NCBI RefSeq assembly: GCF_006345805.1
Contig: NC_043011.1
Location: forward strand, 46,512,464 to 46,576,463
Direction: 5' to 3'
Source: Octopus sinensis
Taxonomy: Eukaryota
DNA length: 64,000 nt
Position 1 is the first letter of the stretch. Every line of letters starts with the position of its first letter. The notes under the pieces were generated by a model. That model was not told where the DNA came from, ran no database searches, and saw only the letters and a list, made by a program, of their open reading frames with translations. Below are positions 52,935-64,000 of the stretch, one piece after another. Position numbers and translations under genes: made by a program.

Positions 52935-53022
52935 TCTGGGGAGAGTCATTTTCTTTTTGTGGAAATTTTACCGGTGAGTGTGTTACATTATCAGGCACAA
53001 AAAGAAAATGACTCTCCCCAGA
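52935..53022. repeat. Perfect 27-bp inverted repeat with 34-nt spacer
   Basis: tctggggagagtcattttctttttgtg / cacaaaaagaaaatgactctccccaga. Confidence 0.95.
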
Positions 53023-53103
53023 AACAACAGAATATGCTTCAACACACGAACTCACATAAAGAATCTTGCAAACCAAATCCAAAAATGAAAAGTAAATAGA
53101 TGC

Positions 53104-53263
53104 AGGAGTGGCTGTGTGGTAAGTGGCTTGTTTACCAACCACATGGTTCCAGGTTCAGTCCCACTGCATGGCACCATGGGCAAGTGTCTTCTACTATAGC
53201 CTCGGGCCGACCAAAGCCTTGTGAGTGGATTTGGTAGAAGGAAACTGAAAGAAGCCCGTCGTA

Positions 53264-53315
<52 letters not shown>

Positions 53316-53545
53316 CATGTATGTTTGTGTGTCTGTGTTTGTTCCCCTAGCATTGCTTGACAACCAATGCTGGTGTGTTTATGTCCCTGTCACTTAGCGG
53401 TTCGGCAAAAGAGACTGATAGAATAAGTAGTGGGCTTACAAAGAATAAGTCCCGGGGTCGAGTTGCTCGATTAAAGGCGGTGCTCCAGCATGGCCGCAGT
53501 CAAACGACTGAAACAAGTAAAAGAGTAAAGAGTAAAAGAGAGTAA
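53104..53545 (+). mobile_element. SINE family A
   Basis: Full-length, low divergence. Confidence 0.9.
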
Positions 53546-53589
53546 CATTGTATGTACACTGAAGGAAAATATTTACACTGTTTCCCCGA

Positions 53590-53870
53590 GTGTGCCCTGA
53601 TGGGTTTGTATTTGGAGCCATCAGAGGGAACTTTTTAGTTTAGTTGAGAACAATCTGCCCAGTGTGAGCAGCGGGATAAAAAGATGTACTCAGTCCCCAC
53701 AGTGAAGAACCTGGTCCTACCAACAGCTGCCTATACAGCCAAGTACACATCTTCATTGCACTTATTTCGACCAGACAAAGATAAAGTGAGTTGAGAGTCT
53801 TTGTTGTCAGTGATGATGTTGCACTGGTTGATCCACTACGACGGCGACTGTTCCTCTAATAGCTGTGTAA
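53590..53870 (+). mobile_element. Decayed RTE-type reverse transcriptase fragment
   Basis: VSSGIKRCTQSP and RVFVVSDDVALV resemble GVKQGCVLAP and LLFADDAALV. Confidence 0.4.
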
Positions 53871-54486
53871 TTATGTTACTTTAAAAATGATTTGAAGATA
53901 ATAGAACAACTAAGATACCGACTCACATATAGCTATCATTTATTTCTGCCAGCAGCCTCACTATCAGCTTTGTTGTCATCATCATCATCATCATTATCAC
54001 CTCCACTACCACCACTATTGTTTGCACGATAATGTATGCACCGTATATCCTGTTCCATTGTCAGTGTCCTATGTTCATTAGCAGTTTCGCTATCAATGAC
54101 CTATATCTGACTCCTGACCATGGTTTTGCAAGAATGCCCACAGTTAATTGCCACACACACCTACTGCCTGTCTCAAGCATTCCCCACAGAATAACAATGC
54201 AGTCATTTTCTGGCTGTTTTGTTGGTCATTTAATTGATATCATATTAATTGTTGTGTAAGAAAAAATATAGATGTATGTGTGTGTGCATCTATATACTTA
54301 CATATATGTATGTATGTATCTATCTATCTATTTATATACATACATACATATATATATATGTATGTATGTATCTATCTATCTATTTATATACATACATACA
54401 TATATATATATGTATGTATGTATGTATCTATCTATTTATATACATTCATACATACATTTTTATATATATATATATATACATACATA

Positions 54487-54667
54487 TATATATCATCATC
54501 ATCATCGTCGTCGTCGTTGTTTAATGTTCGCTTTCCATGCTGGCATGGTTTGGATGGTTTGACTGAGGACTGGCCAGCCAGAATGCGGCACCAGGCTCCA
54601 ATCTCATCTGGCAAAGTTTCTACAGCTGGATGGCCTTCCTAATGCCAACCACTCCGTGAATGTAGTG
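54487..54667 (-). mobile_element. SINE family E / RTE-type tail
   Basis: Reverse of the family E tail with (ATC)n. Confidence 0.8.
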
Positions 54668-54679
54668 ACCTCTGAGAAA

Positions 54680-54799
54680 TATTATTAATAATAAAGATTA
54701 TGGAGACTTGTACATCCACAAAATTATTTTATAGCTATATACAACTACAGAATAAATTTTGTGGGTGTACAAGTCTCCATACTCTATTACTAATAACAA
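54680..54799. repeat. Imperfect ~120-nt fold-back, core arms 54698-54725 / 54755-54782 (27/28 match)
   Basis: ttatggagacttgtacatccacaaaatt / aattttgtgggtgtacaagtctccataa. Confidence 0.9.
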
Positions 54800-55843
54800 T
54801 ATATACTCCAGACAATTTTTATCAATGAAATTAGGGACTCAAAAGAAGACCTTTCCTCAAGTGGTTTGATTGTCGCCCCATATGATATCTCTGACCTATA
54901 ATGAAAGGAGGATAGGGATCTCATTTTGCACTGAAAGACATTGGCAAGGTTGAAATTGCTAACCACTTCTTCCCCCTTATCTTAAAAGCCTGCAGATCCA
55001 CCTCAAGATTAGCAGCAAATTATGGATGTACAATGTGGCAATCAGAGCTGTATGGAGGCATGGTGTGGTAGTCAGAGTTGTATGGAAGCTCAGTGTGACA
55101 GTTAAGACTTGTCATGACTACTGCTGGTATGCAGTGTGCTCCCTGTATAACTGAAAACTGGTTGATAACACAGCAGAAATGGAAGTAATATAAAGTAGGT
55201 ATGCTTGCTGTATGTTTCTCTAGAGATCTTTCATCACAACTAGAAAGCCGGTGAAACAAAGAAACAGAAGATTTGAACACAGGCAAGTAAGGTACAAATT
55301 GGTTTCAAATTTTGGCACAAGGCCTGCATGTTTGAGGAAGGGGTAAGGTGATTACATTACCCCCAATACACAACTGGTATTTATTTTATCGAACCTGAAA
55401 GGATGAAAAGCAGAGTGGACCTTGGTGGAATTTGAACTCAGAAAGTGGAAACGGATGAAATGCCACTAAGCATTTCACCCATCATGTTAACAATTCTGCA
55501 AGCTCTCACCTTGAGTAAGGTATATATTGAACAAGGGTATTATAGTGAGGTATTTTTATAGTCTTAAAAGTAGCTCTACAGCACTGGAAATATTGTCAAG
55601 ACATATGTTTTCACTGAAAGAAAGATAATACATAACAGCCCACTATGCACAAGTGTATTCTCACATTAATAAATAAATAAATAAATAAATAAATAAATTT
55701 GGAAAAAAAATAACTGAAAAAAATAAATTCTTGTAAATTTAATTAAGTTTTCTGACATATCAAGTAATCAGATTTATGTAGAGAGTTATATGAAATAAGG
55801 TTAGACATATATCTGTGTGCAGCACACCTACATGAAAAACAGA

Positions 55844-55894
<51 letters not shown>

Positions 55895-55989
55895 TCTGCC
55901 AAACAGTTCAATGTTGTTAAAAATGATGTTGATATTATTGTAGATGATATTGTCAGAATCAATTAAATCAATAGCATACACACAATAAA

Positions 55990-56081
55990 GTCATACATAT
56001 ATATATATATATATACATATATATACATATATGTATATATATATATACATATATATATATACATATATATATATATACATG

Positions 56082-56112
<31 letters not shown>

Positions 56113-56122
56113 ATATATATGC

Positions 56123-56163
<41 letters not shown>

Positions 56164-56167
56164 CATG

Positions 56168-56250
<83 letters not shown>
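55990..56250. repeat. (TA)n microsatellite with interruptions
   Basis: Direct inspection. Confidence 0.95.
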
Positions 56251-56939
56251 TATTGTTAAAAAGTAAATGCTGTTTTGTGTTCATGATAACAAATCTTCGG
56301 GAATAAAATACTGAAGCCTAACACAATACAATAAAAGGAGAAAATACACAAACAAAAAACTTATAAAACAAATTAAACGGCTTTCATGAAAGGATTCTAC
56401 TTACAATTATGTGATGAGTTGTCACAGAAAACTGTGTTATGCACAATGTTTAGTTTACCTTATAAATGATGTCCCATAACTTGGAGAGCTTGCCTTCATG
56501 AACTGATCCACAAAATATTATACTGCACTGATTTCTAGCATTTTCTCCAGAACCATGGGAGAATTGGAAAACCCAATTGCTATCTAATAAAACCCTCATC
56601 AAAAATGAATTATTGCAACAACAACCATGACTATAACAATAGGGGTTTCTGATTTAGGCATGAGTCTAGCAATTTTTGAGAAGTGTGGTTTGTCAGTTAC
56701 ACTGGACTTAATACTTTGCTTGTATTTTATTTCATCAAAAACAAAAAAAAAAAAAAAAAAGGCAAAGTCGATCTTGGCGAGATTTGAGCTCAGAATGAAA
56801 GGAGTCAGAAAAATGCTTTGCTCTATGAATTCTGCCACTCCACCACTTAGAAGATATTGCTGTAATCGATGCTGCTCCTGATGATGATGATGATGATGAT
56901 GATAATAATAATGATGGTGATGATAATGTGCACAAATGA

Positions 56940-57411
56940 GAAGAAAGGTTTTAGAAAATATACCAGCCTGGCAATCGAATTAAAAATATGTCTGTAGATT
57001 AAGGAATGTGTCCGGAAAATAGTCCATCAATATTGCACAAATGATGTTGGCATCAATTTTAAAATCCACCCAAGACTTAGCGTCACCTGCTATCCATCCA
57101 TTACAAAAATCAAACACAGGACACATAACAACATTATGACACAACTACTTTACCTAAACCAGTCCAACTCCCTTTAATATTATAGCAAAATACCTCAAAA
57201 TGGACCCCATAAAATTCAAAAGTTCTCTGGACAAATTTCTCAAAAAAACCTGGACCAACCTCCTACACCCAGATATGTCTCCAACAATAACTCTTTGCTA
57301 GAGTGGGCCATGGTGCCCCATATATAAGGAAAAGATTTCACCAGGTGGTGCTATTAAGTTAGACATGGCCTGGGCCTATACTGGCAGAAACCTATCAAAG
57401 TTATCAAAGTT
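56940..57411 (+). mobile_element. CR1/L2-group LINE 3' end (decayed ORF2 C-terminus, 3' UTR, atcaaagtt tandem tail)
   Basis: FKIHPRL...FNII...FKSSLDKFLKK...DQPPTPRYVSNNNSLLEW with frameshifts. Confidence 0.75.
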
Positions 57412-58148
57412 AATGTATGATAATAAGGATGGTTATAGTTGGAAAGATACACCAGCAATTTAATAAGGGCAATGACAAATTCCTTATAGAGACACAGACA
57501 TATTCCAGAAAATAGGACTAGCTCTATAAACACAAGGTTTTCTCATTCAGCATTTATTAATATCCTTTTGTTAACCCTGAATACTCTTTGTCCATTTTCC
57601 ATTGTACATTCATGTTAACCTTGCTTACCTTTAAAACAGGATCTCTAAGATGTATGTAAGTTTGGTATCAAGAAAGGAAACTTACAATTTATTTCTTGAA
57701 CCATGAGTCATAAACCTAATAACTTAAATTATTAGAGAAAGAAAGTGTGAAGTCTCTTAAGATCATGCCCAGTTTTTGACCAGAGCATAATCCTATTGAC
57801 TGCCAATGGATGAAAGATAAATCCAACCTTGCTGTGTTTGAATCCTAAGATTAATTGAAGTAATTAAACATCACAAGGTATTCTGTTCACTGCTTCACTA
57901 ATTCTGCCAATCAACTATTAACTGCACCAACAATAATAATTCTTTCTTATTTTGATGCAAAGCCAGCAGTTTTGAAGGGAGAGGGCAAGTTAAGTACACT
58001 GATTCCAGTACTTGATCGGTAATTCATTGATCATGAAAGGATGAAAGGCTTGCCTCAGCAGTATCTGAATTTGGAACATAAAGAGACAGAGGAATTGCCA
58101 CTAAAGATACTGTCTGACATGCTAATGATTCTGTCAGTTATTGTTGTT

Positions 58149-58525
58149 AGGAGTGGCTGTGTGGAAAGTATCTTGCTTACCTGCCACATGGTTCTGGGTT
58201 CAGTCCCACTGCATGGCACTTTGGGCATGTGTCTTCTACTATAGCCTCGGGTTGACCAAAGCCTTGTGAGTGGATTTGGTAGACGGAAACTGAAAGAAGC
58301 CTGTCGTATATATATATATATATATATGTGTCTGTGTCCCCCCAACATTGCTTGACTACTGATGCTGGTGTGTTTACATCCCCGTAACTTAGTGGTTTGG
58401 CAAAAGAGACTGATAGAATAAGTACTAGGCTTACAAAGAATAAGTCCTGGGGTCGATTTGCTTGACTAAAGGTAGTGCTCCAGCATGGCCACTGTCAAAT
58501 GACTGAAACAAGTAAAAAAATAAAA
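58149..58525 (+). mobile_element. SINE family A
   Basis: Full-length match. Confidence 0.9.
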
Positions 58526-59206
58526 GATATCAGGAGTACCCAGAATACTGAAGAGTGCCATGAATACTCAAGACTTCTGGGAGTTCTAAGAAAGAATAAT
58601 CATGCATAAAAGAACAATAATATGTTGGTGAGTATGATGGCATTGCCATTGTCTACAGCAATAACAACACCATTCACCAAGGGATGTCATTCCAATGATT
58701 TCAGGAAACAGGAAACAGGAAAATATCATTTATTATCACAATGTCTGTGTGTGTCTCTCTCTATTTGAGGTGGGGGTTAAACAGACAATAGAGAACATCT
58801 AATTATCGCTGAGTTATTAATGAAACATGTAATTAAAATTAATATCACAACTGACTTAATGTTTCTACCAGAGAGAGAATGGAATCACTGAGAACTGGTT
58901 GACTGGTTGACCCTTGATACAGTGCACTGGTGGATTAATGGAGGGGGTTATATTCTGGAAGATTAATAGAGAGAGAGAGAGAGAGGGGGGTGGAGAGAAA
59001 ACAAGAGAGAGAGATAGAGGAAGAGAAAGAGAGAGAGAGATAGAGGAAGAGAAAGAGAGAGAGAGATAGAGGAAGAGAAAGAGAGAGAGATGATGATGAT
59101 GATAGATACTGGTAGGTGGAGGAAGAAAAGAAGGAAGCAGAGGAAGAGCAGGAGAATAAGAAACTGGAAGAACAGATTAAAAATATGAAATAGAAAGTAA
59201 GACAAC

Positions 59207-59243
<37 letters not shown>

Positions 59244-59760
59244 TAATAATAATAATAATAATAATGACAATAATAAAGCTGCCGCCGCCACTACCACCAC
59301 CACCACCACCACTACCATTTTGAAACCGTCTAATTATTAGTTTAGGTTTGATGCTTCAAGGCAGAAATAGGATGTAATTAAACTGGTATCAGTAGACAGC
59401 AGCAACAGATGTATCGTTAATTCTGATGTCTAAATGCCTGAGATGAGTTATCGCTAATAACATTAAGGAAGGTTTGGATATATTAACCTCATCGTTACAT
59501 ATGGAACAGTTTTCAAATATTTACGTTTACACAAATGTTGCTGTGTTTGGTTTCCTTTCCCATCCTCACCAGATGTCTTTTCCTCCTCCAGGATTAATGC
59601 CAGACTGGGTTTACACTGGATTTAAAGTAGAAACCTGTATTTGTAAACTAAAACAGAAGTGCCCAACTTGATTAGAGCCTACAGTTCTATATTTAAGAGA
59701 TGAGGAATTATGTACATTGTTTACACTTGATGGATATTTGTCCTCATCTTGTTACCTGTT

Positions 59761-59801
59761 AACATTTCGGTTGATATACCCTCCTGCCTTCATCAGGTGT
59801 T
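59761..59801 (-). ncRNA. Minimal type I hammerhead motif, degenerate (3' strand of stem I lost)
   Basis: aacac-CUGAUGA-a-ggcag...caacc-GAAA-u-GUU; core intact, stems weakened. Confidence 0.5.
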
Positions 59802-59919
59802 TTGGGGAAATTTCAAACCTGGGTTCTCATTCCTAAGGTATTTTTCAATATTTAAGAGATGAGGAATTATGTACATTATTTACATTTGATGTACATTTGT
59901 CCTCATCTTGTTTGTTGTT

Positions 59920-59965
59920 AACACAACGTTTTGGTTGATATACCCTCCAGCCTTCATCAGGTGTT
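59920..59965 (-). ncRNA. Minimal type I hammerhead motif, degenerate (GAAA changed to AAAA)
   Basis: aacac-CUGAUGA-a-ggcug...caacc-aAAA-c-GUU-guguu; stem I aacac/guguu perfect, palindromic AACGUU stem III. Confidence 0.6.
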
Positions 59966-60946
59966 TTGGGGAAATTTAAAACCTGGGTTCTCATTCCTAC
60001 GGTATTTTTCAATGTTATTATTGTTGTTGTTGTTGTTGTTGTTGTTGTTCAGGTCACTGCTTGGAATCAAACTCGGAATCTTGGGGTTACTAGCCCAAGC
60101 TCTTAACCACTACATCATATGCCCGTGATTAGAGTCTCGTTACACTTAGTTTAGCAATTGAAGTTCCTATCTGGTTTGGTTTTGAACAAACATCAATGAA
60201 TTAATCATCTAATAATAATCTGAGATCAAATAGATTAGAATACAGTAGAAATGTCACTAATAACTTCTAACATATGCTTAAGGTTTCAAGATTTTAGTGC
60301 GAGGGACATTAGATTGCTTATTAGATTGCTTCTAATACTCAGCTAGTTCTTATTTTATCAACCCTTGAAGGATGTGATGTAAGGTTACCAAAGGAAAAAT
60401 CTGAATTCAACATAAAAGTATAAAATTAAAGGCATTTTATCCGTTACTCTGACACACTGCCATTTATGGCAATGAGGGTTCTAGTTGATCTGCTGAATGG
60501 AATAGCCAGTGGGAGTGGCTGAGTACTCCACAGGCACATGTACTCTTAGCATAGTTCTCAGAGAGAGATTCAGCTTGACACAGAATGTGTCAATGTTGGC
60601 CCTTTGAATTACTGGTACAACTCATTTTTGCCAGCTGAGTGAACTGGAGCAATGTGAAATAAAGTGTCTTGCTCAAGGATACAACGCACCATCAGGAATC
60701 AAACTTATGATCTTATGACCAAGAGCTGAATACCCTAAACACTAAGCCATGGACTTACTCTATGGATCCTACTAATCCATTTACTCAATGGATCCTATTA
60801 ATCCACTTTACTGAGATTTCAATAGACAAAAATCTGACTTTTCAGGTGAACATAATTGCTTCACATTCTTGAATCCAATTCCCAAGAAGCATTGATGTCA
60901 TTTAACCAAGATGAGATGGGGGAAAATATATAGATAGATAGGCATA

Positions 60947-61120
60947 GGAGTGGCTGTGTGGCAAGTAGCTTGCTTATGAATTACATGGTTCTGGGTTCAG
61001 TCCCACTGTGTGGCACCTTGGACAAGTATCTTCTACTATAGCCTCGAGTTGACCAAAGCCTTGTGAGTGGATTTGGTAAACCGAGACTGAAAGAAGCCCA
61101 TCATATATATATGTGTGTGT

Positions 61121-61161
<41 letters not shown>

Positions 61162-61350
61162 TCCACTCCCCCCCAACATCACTTGACAACTGATGCTGGT
61201 GTGTTTACGTCCCCGTAACTTAGCAGTTTGGCAACAGAGACTGATAGAATAAGTACTAGGCTTACAAAGAATAAGTCCTGGGGTCGATTTGCTCGACTAA
61301 AGGCAGTGCTCCAGCATGGTCACAGCAAATGACTCAAACAAGTAAAAGAG
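60947..61350 (+). mobile_element. SINE family A
   Basis: Full-length match. Confidence 0.9.
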
Positions 61351-62910
61351 TAATAGAGATAGTGTACTAAAGCTGATGTAATTAATTATGTGTTCCTACC
61401 CAAATATCTGACACTTTGTGCCCAGGGATGATTCTACTCACAGCATGTCACTGTAGACTGCGAAATGCAGCATGGAGAGATGTATTTTGGTAGTTAGAGA
61501 ATCAAGAATCTCTAGGGTTCCTTGATTAGTCCAAGGCCAATGAGAAGTTCTTCCTTCCTAGAATATCTGTCCTCTGGAATTTCCATACCTGCTCATATCT
61601 CTCCTGCAGGTGATGGATCAAACAATTTAAACAGAACATTAATTGCATCAATTTCACTTATCCCAGAGGTCCTGCTCAGGTCATGGGCACTCCCCCTTCC
61701 CTCAGACTCAGTAATTTAAAAAAAGTGGCTCTAACCCTTTTGGGTCACCTCTCTTCATATCTTTTATACACTGTTATTGTTTTGCCCAATTTACCCATTA
61801 AAAATTGTGTAACTGTAAACACACAGCAGTAGTTTTAGAATATGGTTTATGATAAAATTACTATATGCACATTTTTCACTGGAAAATAGGTTTTTGGATT
61901 TGGTCCTTCCACATATCTGTCAATATCTGTTAATTTTGATCCCCTCCAGATATAACTTTAATTACATCTACACCTGGAAGAGTTTCAGTTATAAAGAGAA
62001 AAATGAAAAGGTTTTGTTGCTTGGGAGTATGAAAAAGACCTTGTGAGTGGCAGGTGTCAACTGCTTTAACTAATAGATTTATAAATACATTTATTAGTCA
62101 ATCAATAAAATGAGATAACTGAATCAAATAAAATACAAAAGCTTTTTATAAAAGCTTCAGCAAAGTCTTCGATAAAGTGAAATATTAGTTGTATTTTGGG
62201 TACTTTTATTTATCTTCTTTTTGAAAAAACCCCAAAAACATAGATATAAAATTGCACCAAGAGTTATTTTACAGTATCAGCCAGGAGAGAAAAATGCATA
62301 TATAATCATTTGAACTAGTTTAAATGCTTTCAAAAAAAAAAAGACAAATTTAAAAACTTTTATTCTCTTTTTTTTTTAAGTGAATGTAAGACTCACCTGT
62401 GTCAGCATTTAATACCAGCGAAAGAATTTGAGGAAATGTGAAGAAATGACAAAATGTATCAAAAAAAAAAAAAAAAAAAAAAAGAAATTGATGACATTTT
62501 AAAGTTCATGTATATTTAAAAAAAAGAACCCAGCAAAATGGACTTCATCATCATCATCATCATCATCATTATTATTATCAACATTATTATTATTACCATT
62601 TCTTTACTATGTGTCATAGTGTAAAACTTTACTTTTCTAAGGAAGTGTGAAGCTGAACTTTCTTCATTACAAAAGAAAGAATACATTTACTCTCAAGGAT
62701 GAAATGTGATACATAAATGGAAGTTCAGTATCTTTTTCTTTCCCATCATCTCACATCAAACGCACACATGCACATACATTCAATTTAAATGGATTTAGTT
62801 ATTCAGTATATACTCAGTGTGTGTGTGTGTTGCATATAGGGGATTACAGGCTAAAAGAATACCCGGAATTCAAGAGTAAATAAATTAATTAATTTAGTAT
62901 AAATAAATGT

Positions 62911-63117
62911 TCCGTCTGGCACCTGTGCGGGTGGCATGTAAAAAGCACCCACTACACTCACGGAGTGGTTGGCGTTAGGAAGGGCATCCAGCTGTAGAAA
63001 CACTGCAAGATCTGACTGGGCCTGATGCGGCCTTCCGGTTTCACAGACCCCAGTTGAACCGTCCAACCCATGCTAGCATGGAAAGCGGACGCTAAATGAT
63101 GATGATGATAATGATGA
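62911..63117 (+). mobile_element. SINE family E / RTE-type tail
   Basis: One upstream unit plus tail and (GAT)n. Confidence 0.85.
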
Positions 63118-63254
63118 AATGATTGGTTTGTTATTTATTATAATTACTGTAATTCCTTGACTACCACAGGTGTTATGCTCCAAACCACCTTGCGATAGGT
63201 GAAAATCCACAAAGAAGAAACAGTACTGTACTGTATTTTTCTTTCTATTTTTTT

Positions 63255-63630
63255 CTTTTATTTGTTTTAGTCATTTGATTGCAACCATGCTGGAGCACCA
63301 CCTTTAGTCGAGCAAATCGACCCCAGGACTTATTCTTTGTAAGCCTAGTACTTATTCTATCGGTCTCTGTTGCCGAACTGCTAAGTGATGGGGACGTAAA
63401 CACACCAGCTTGGTTGTCAAGTGATATTGGGGGGACAAACACAGACACACAAACATATATATATACGATGGGCTTCTTTCAGTTTCCATCTACCAAATCC
63501 ACTCACAAGGCTTTGGTCAACCCGAGGCTATAGTAGAAGACACTTGCCCAAGGTACCACCTAGTGGGACTGAATCTGGAACTATGTGGTTCGTAAGCAAG
63601 TTACTTACCGCACAGCCACTCCTGTGCCTA
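63255..63630 (-). mobile_element. SINE family A
   Basis: Reverse complement, full-length. Confidence 0.9.
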
Positions 63631-64000
63631 TACTTTTTATTTTTTATTATCTTTCAAATTTTTATAATTTAAAAATTTTTTGCCTCTATGTATACTTTTT
63701 TGTATTTTTATAATTTGTATATATTTGTTTTATTATAAAAGGAATCGATGTAAGCTTAAATAATAAACCACGATAGATGAACCGCGATGTGGCGAGAGGT
63801 TATTGTATTGATTTAACTAGATGGTTCAAAGTCAATTTAATTAAGAGACAGCAGTGAAGGTGTGTGTTACTAAAATGTAACAGTCTGTGATAAGGTGGAA
63901 AAGTTCAATGATCTATTACTTCGGTTGGCAGCAAAAAGATTTTCAAGCTAATGACCAAAACCAACTAGAAACGGCAACCAAATTTTTCTGAAATCATACC

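Larger units (their letters stand above)
59690..60127 (-). mobile_element. Composite element: tRNA-like head (60050-60127), (AAC)n linker, two tandem PLE-type units (59849-60012, 59690-59848), each with a hammerhead motif
   Basis: Head has A-box-like gatgtagtggttaag and B-box-like gagtttgattcc; units of 164/159 bp are colinear. Confidence 0.8.

Noticed and set aside
58780-59470. TAAT-rich stretches suggesting homeodomain enhancer clusters
   Set aside because: Expected by chance at this AT content; needs conservation or chromatin data.
59540-59671. Tandem acceptors and ORF MSFPPPGLMPDWVYTGFK...; also a minus-strand CTG|gtgagg donor
   Set aside because: Conflicting strand signals, no convincing exon, no recognisable protein.
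60050-60127. tRNA gene
   Set aside because: Mutated A/B boxes, no complete cloverleaf, fused to a repeat body. All tRNA-like sequences here are SINE heads.
61440-61720. Minus frame SAHDLSRTSGISEIDAINVL resembling a Tc1/mariner HTH; plus-strand acceptor ctcctgcAG
   Set aside because: Only vague motif similarity, internal stop, ambiguous strand.

Overview
AT-rich, microsatellite-laden animal genomic DNA, almost certainly a coleoid cephalopod (Octopus); this is inferred from the recurring tRNA-derived SINE families and repeat landscape, not from a database search. Most of the window is intron-like or intergenic and is filled with at least six SINE families, Tc1/mariner, hAT, piggyBac-type and Helitron-type non-autonomous elements, decayed LINE (CR1-like, RTE) and Penelope-like (PLE) remnants, and simple repeats. 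Nearly all ORFs in the supplied track are repeat artefacts. Short splice-bounded open frames (best: 31074-31236, + strand) suggest a long-intron protein-coding gene that I cannot name. The most interesting observations are: minimal hammerhead-ribozyme motifs of the PLE/retrozyme type (18209-18243, and a tandem pair behind a tRNA-like Pol III head at 59690-60127); a near-perfect 88-bp-stem palindrome (45585-45771); a very recent direct+inverted duplication (2073-2825); other long hairpins; a repeated SINE target-site preference; and two AG|GT junctions that may be exon ends or recursive splice sites. All alignments and folds were done by eye.
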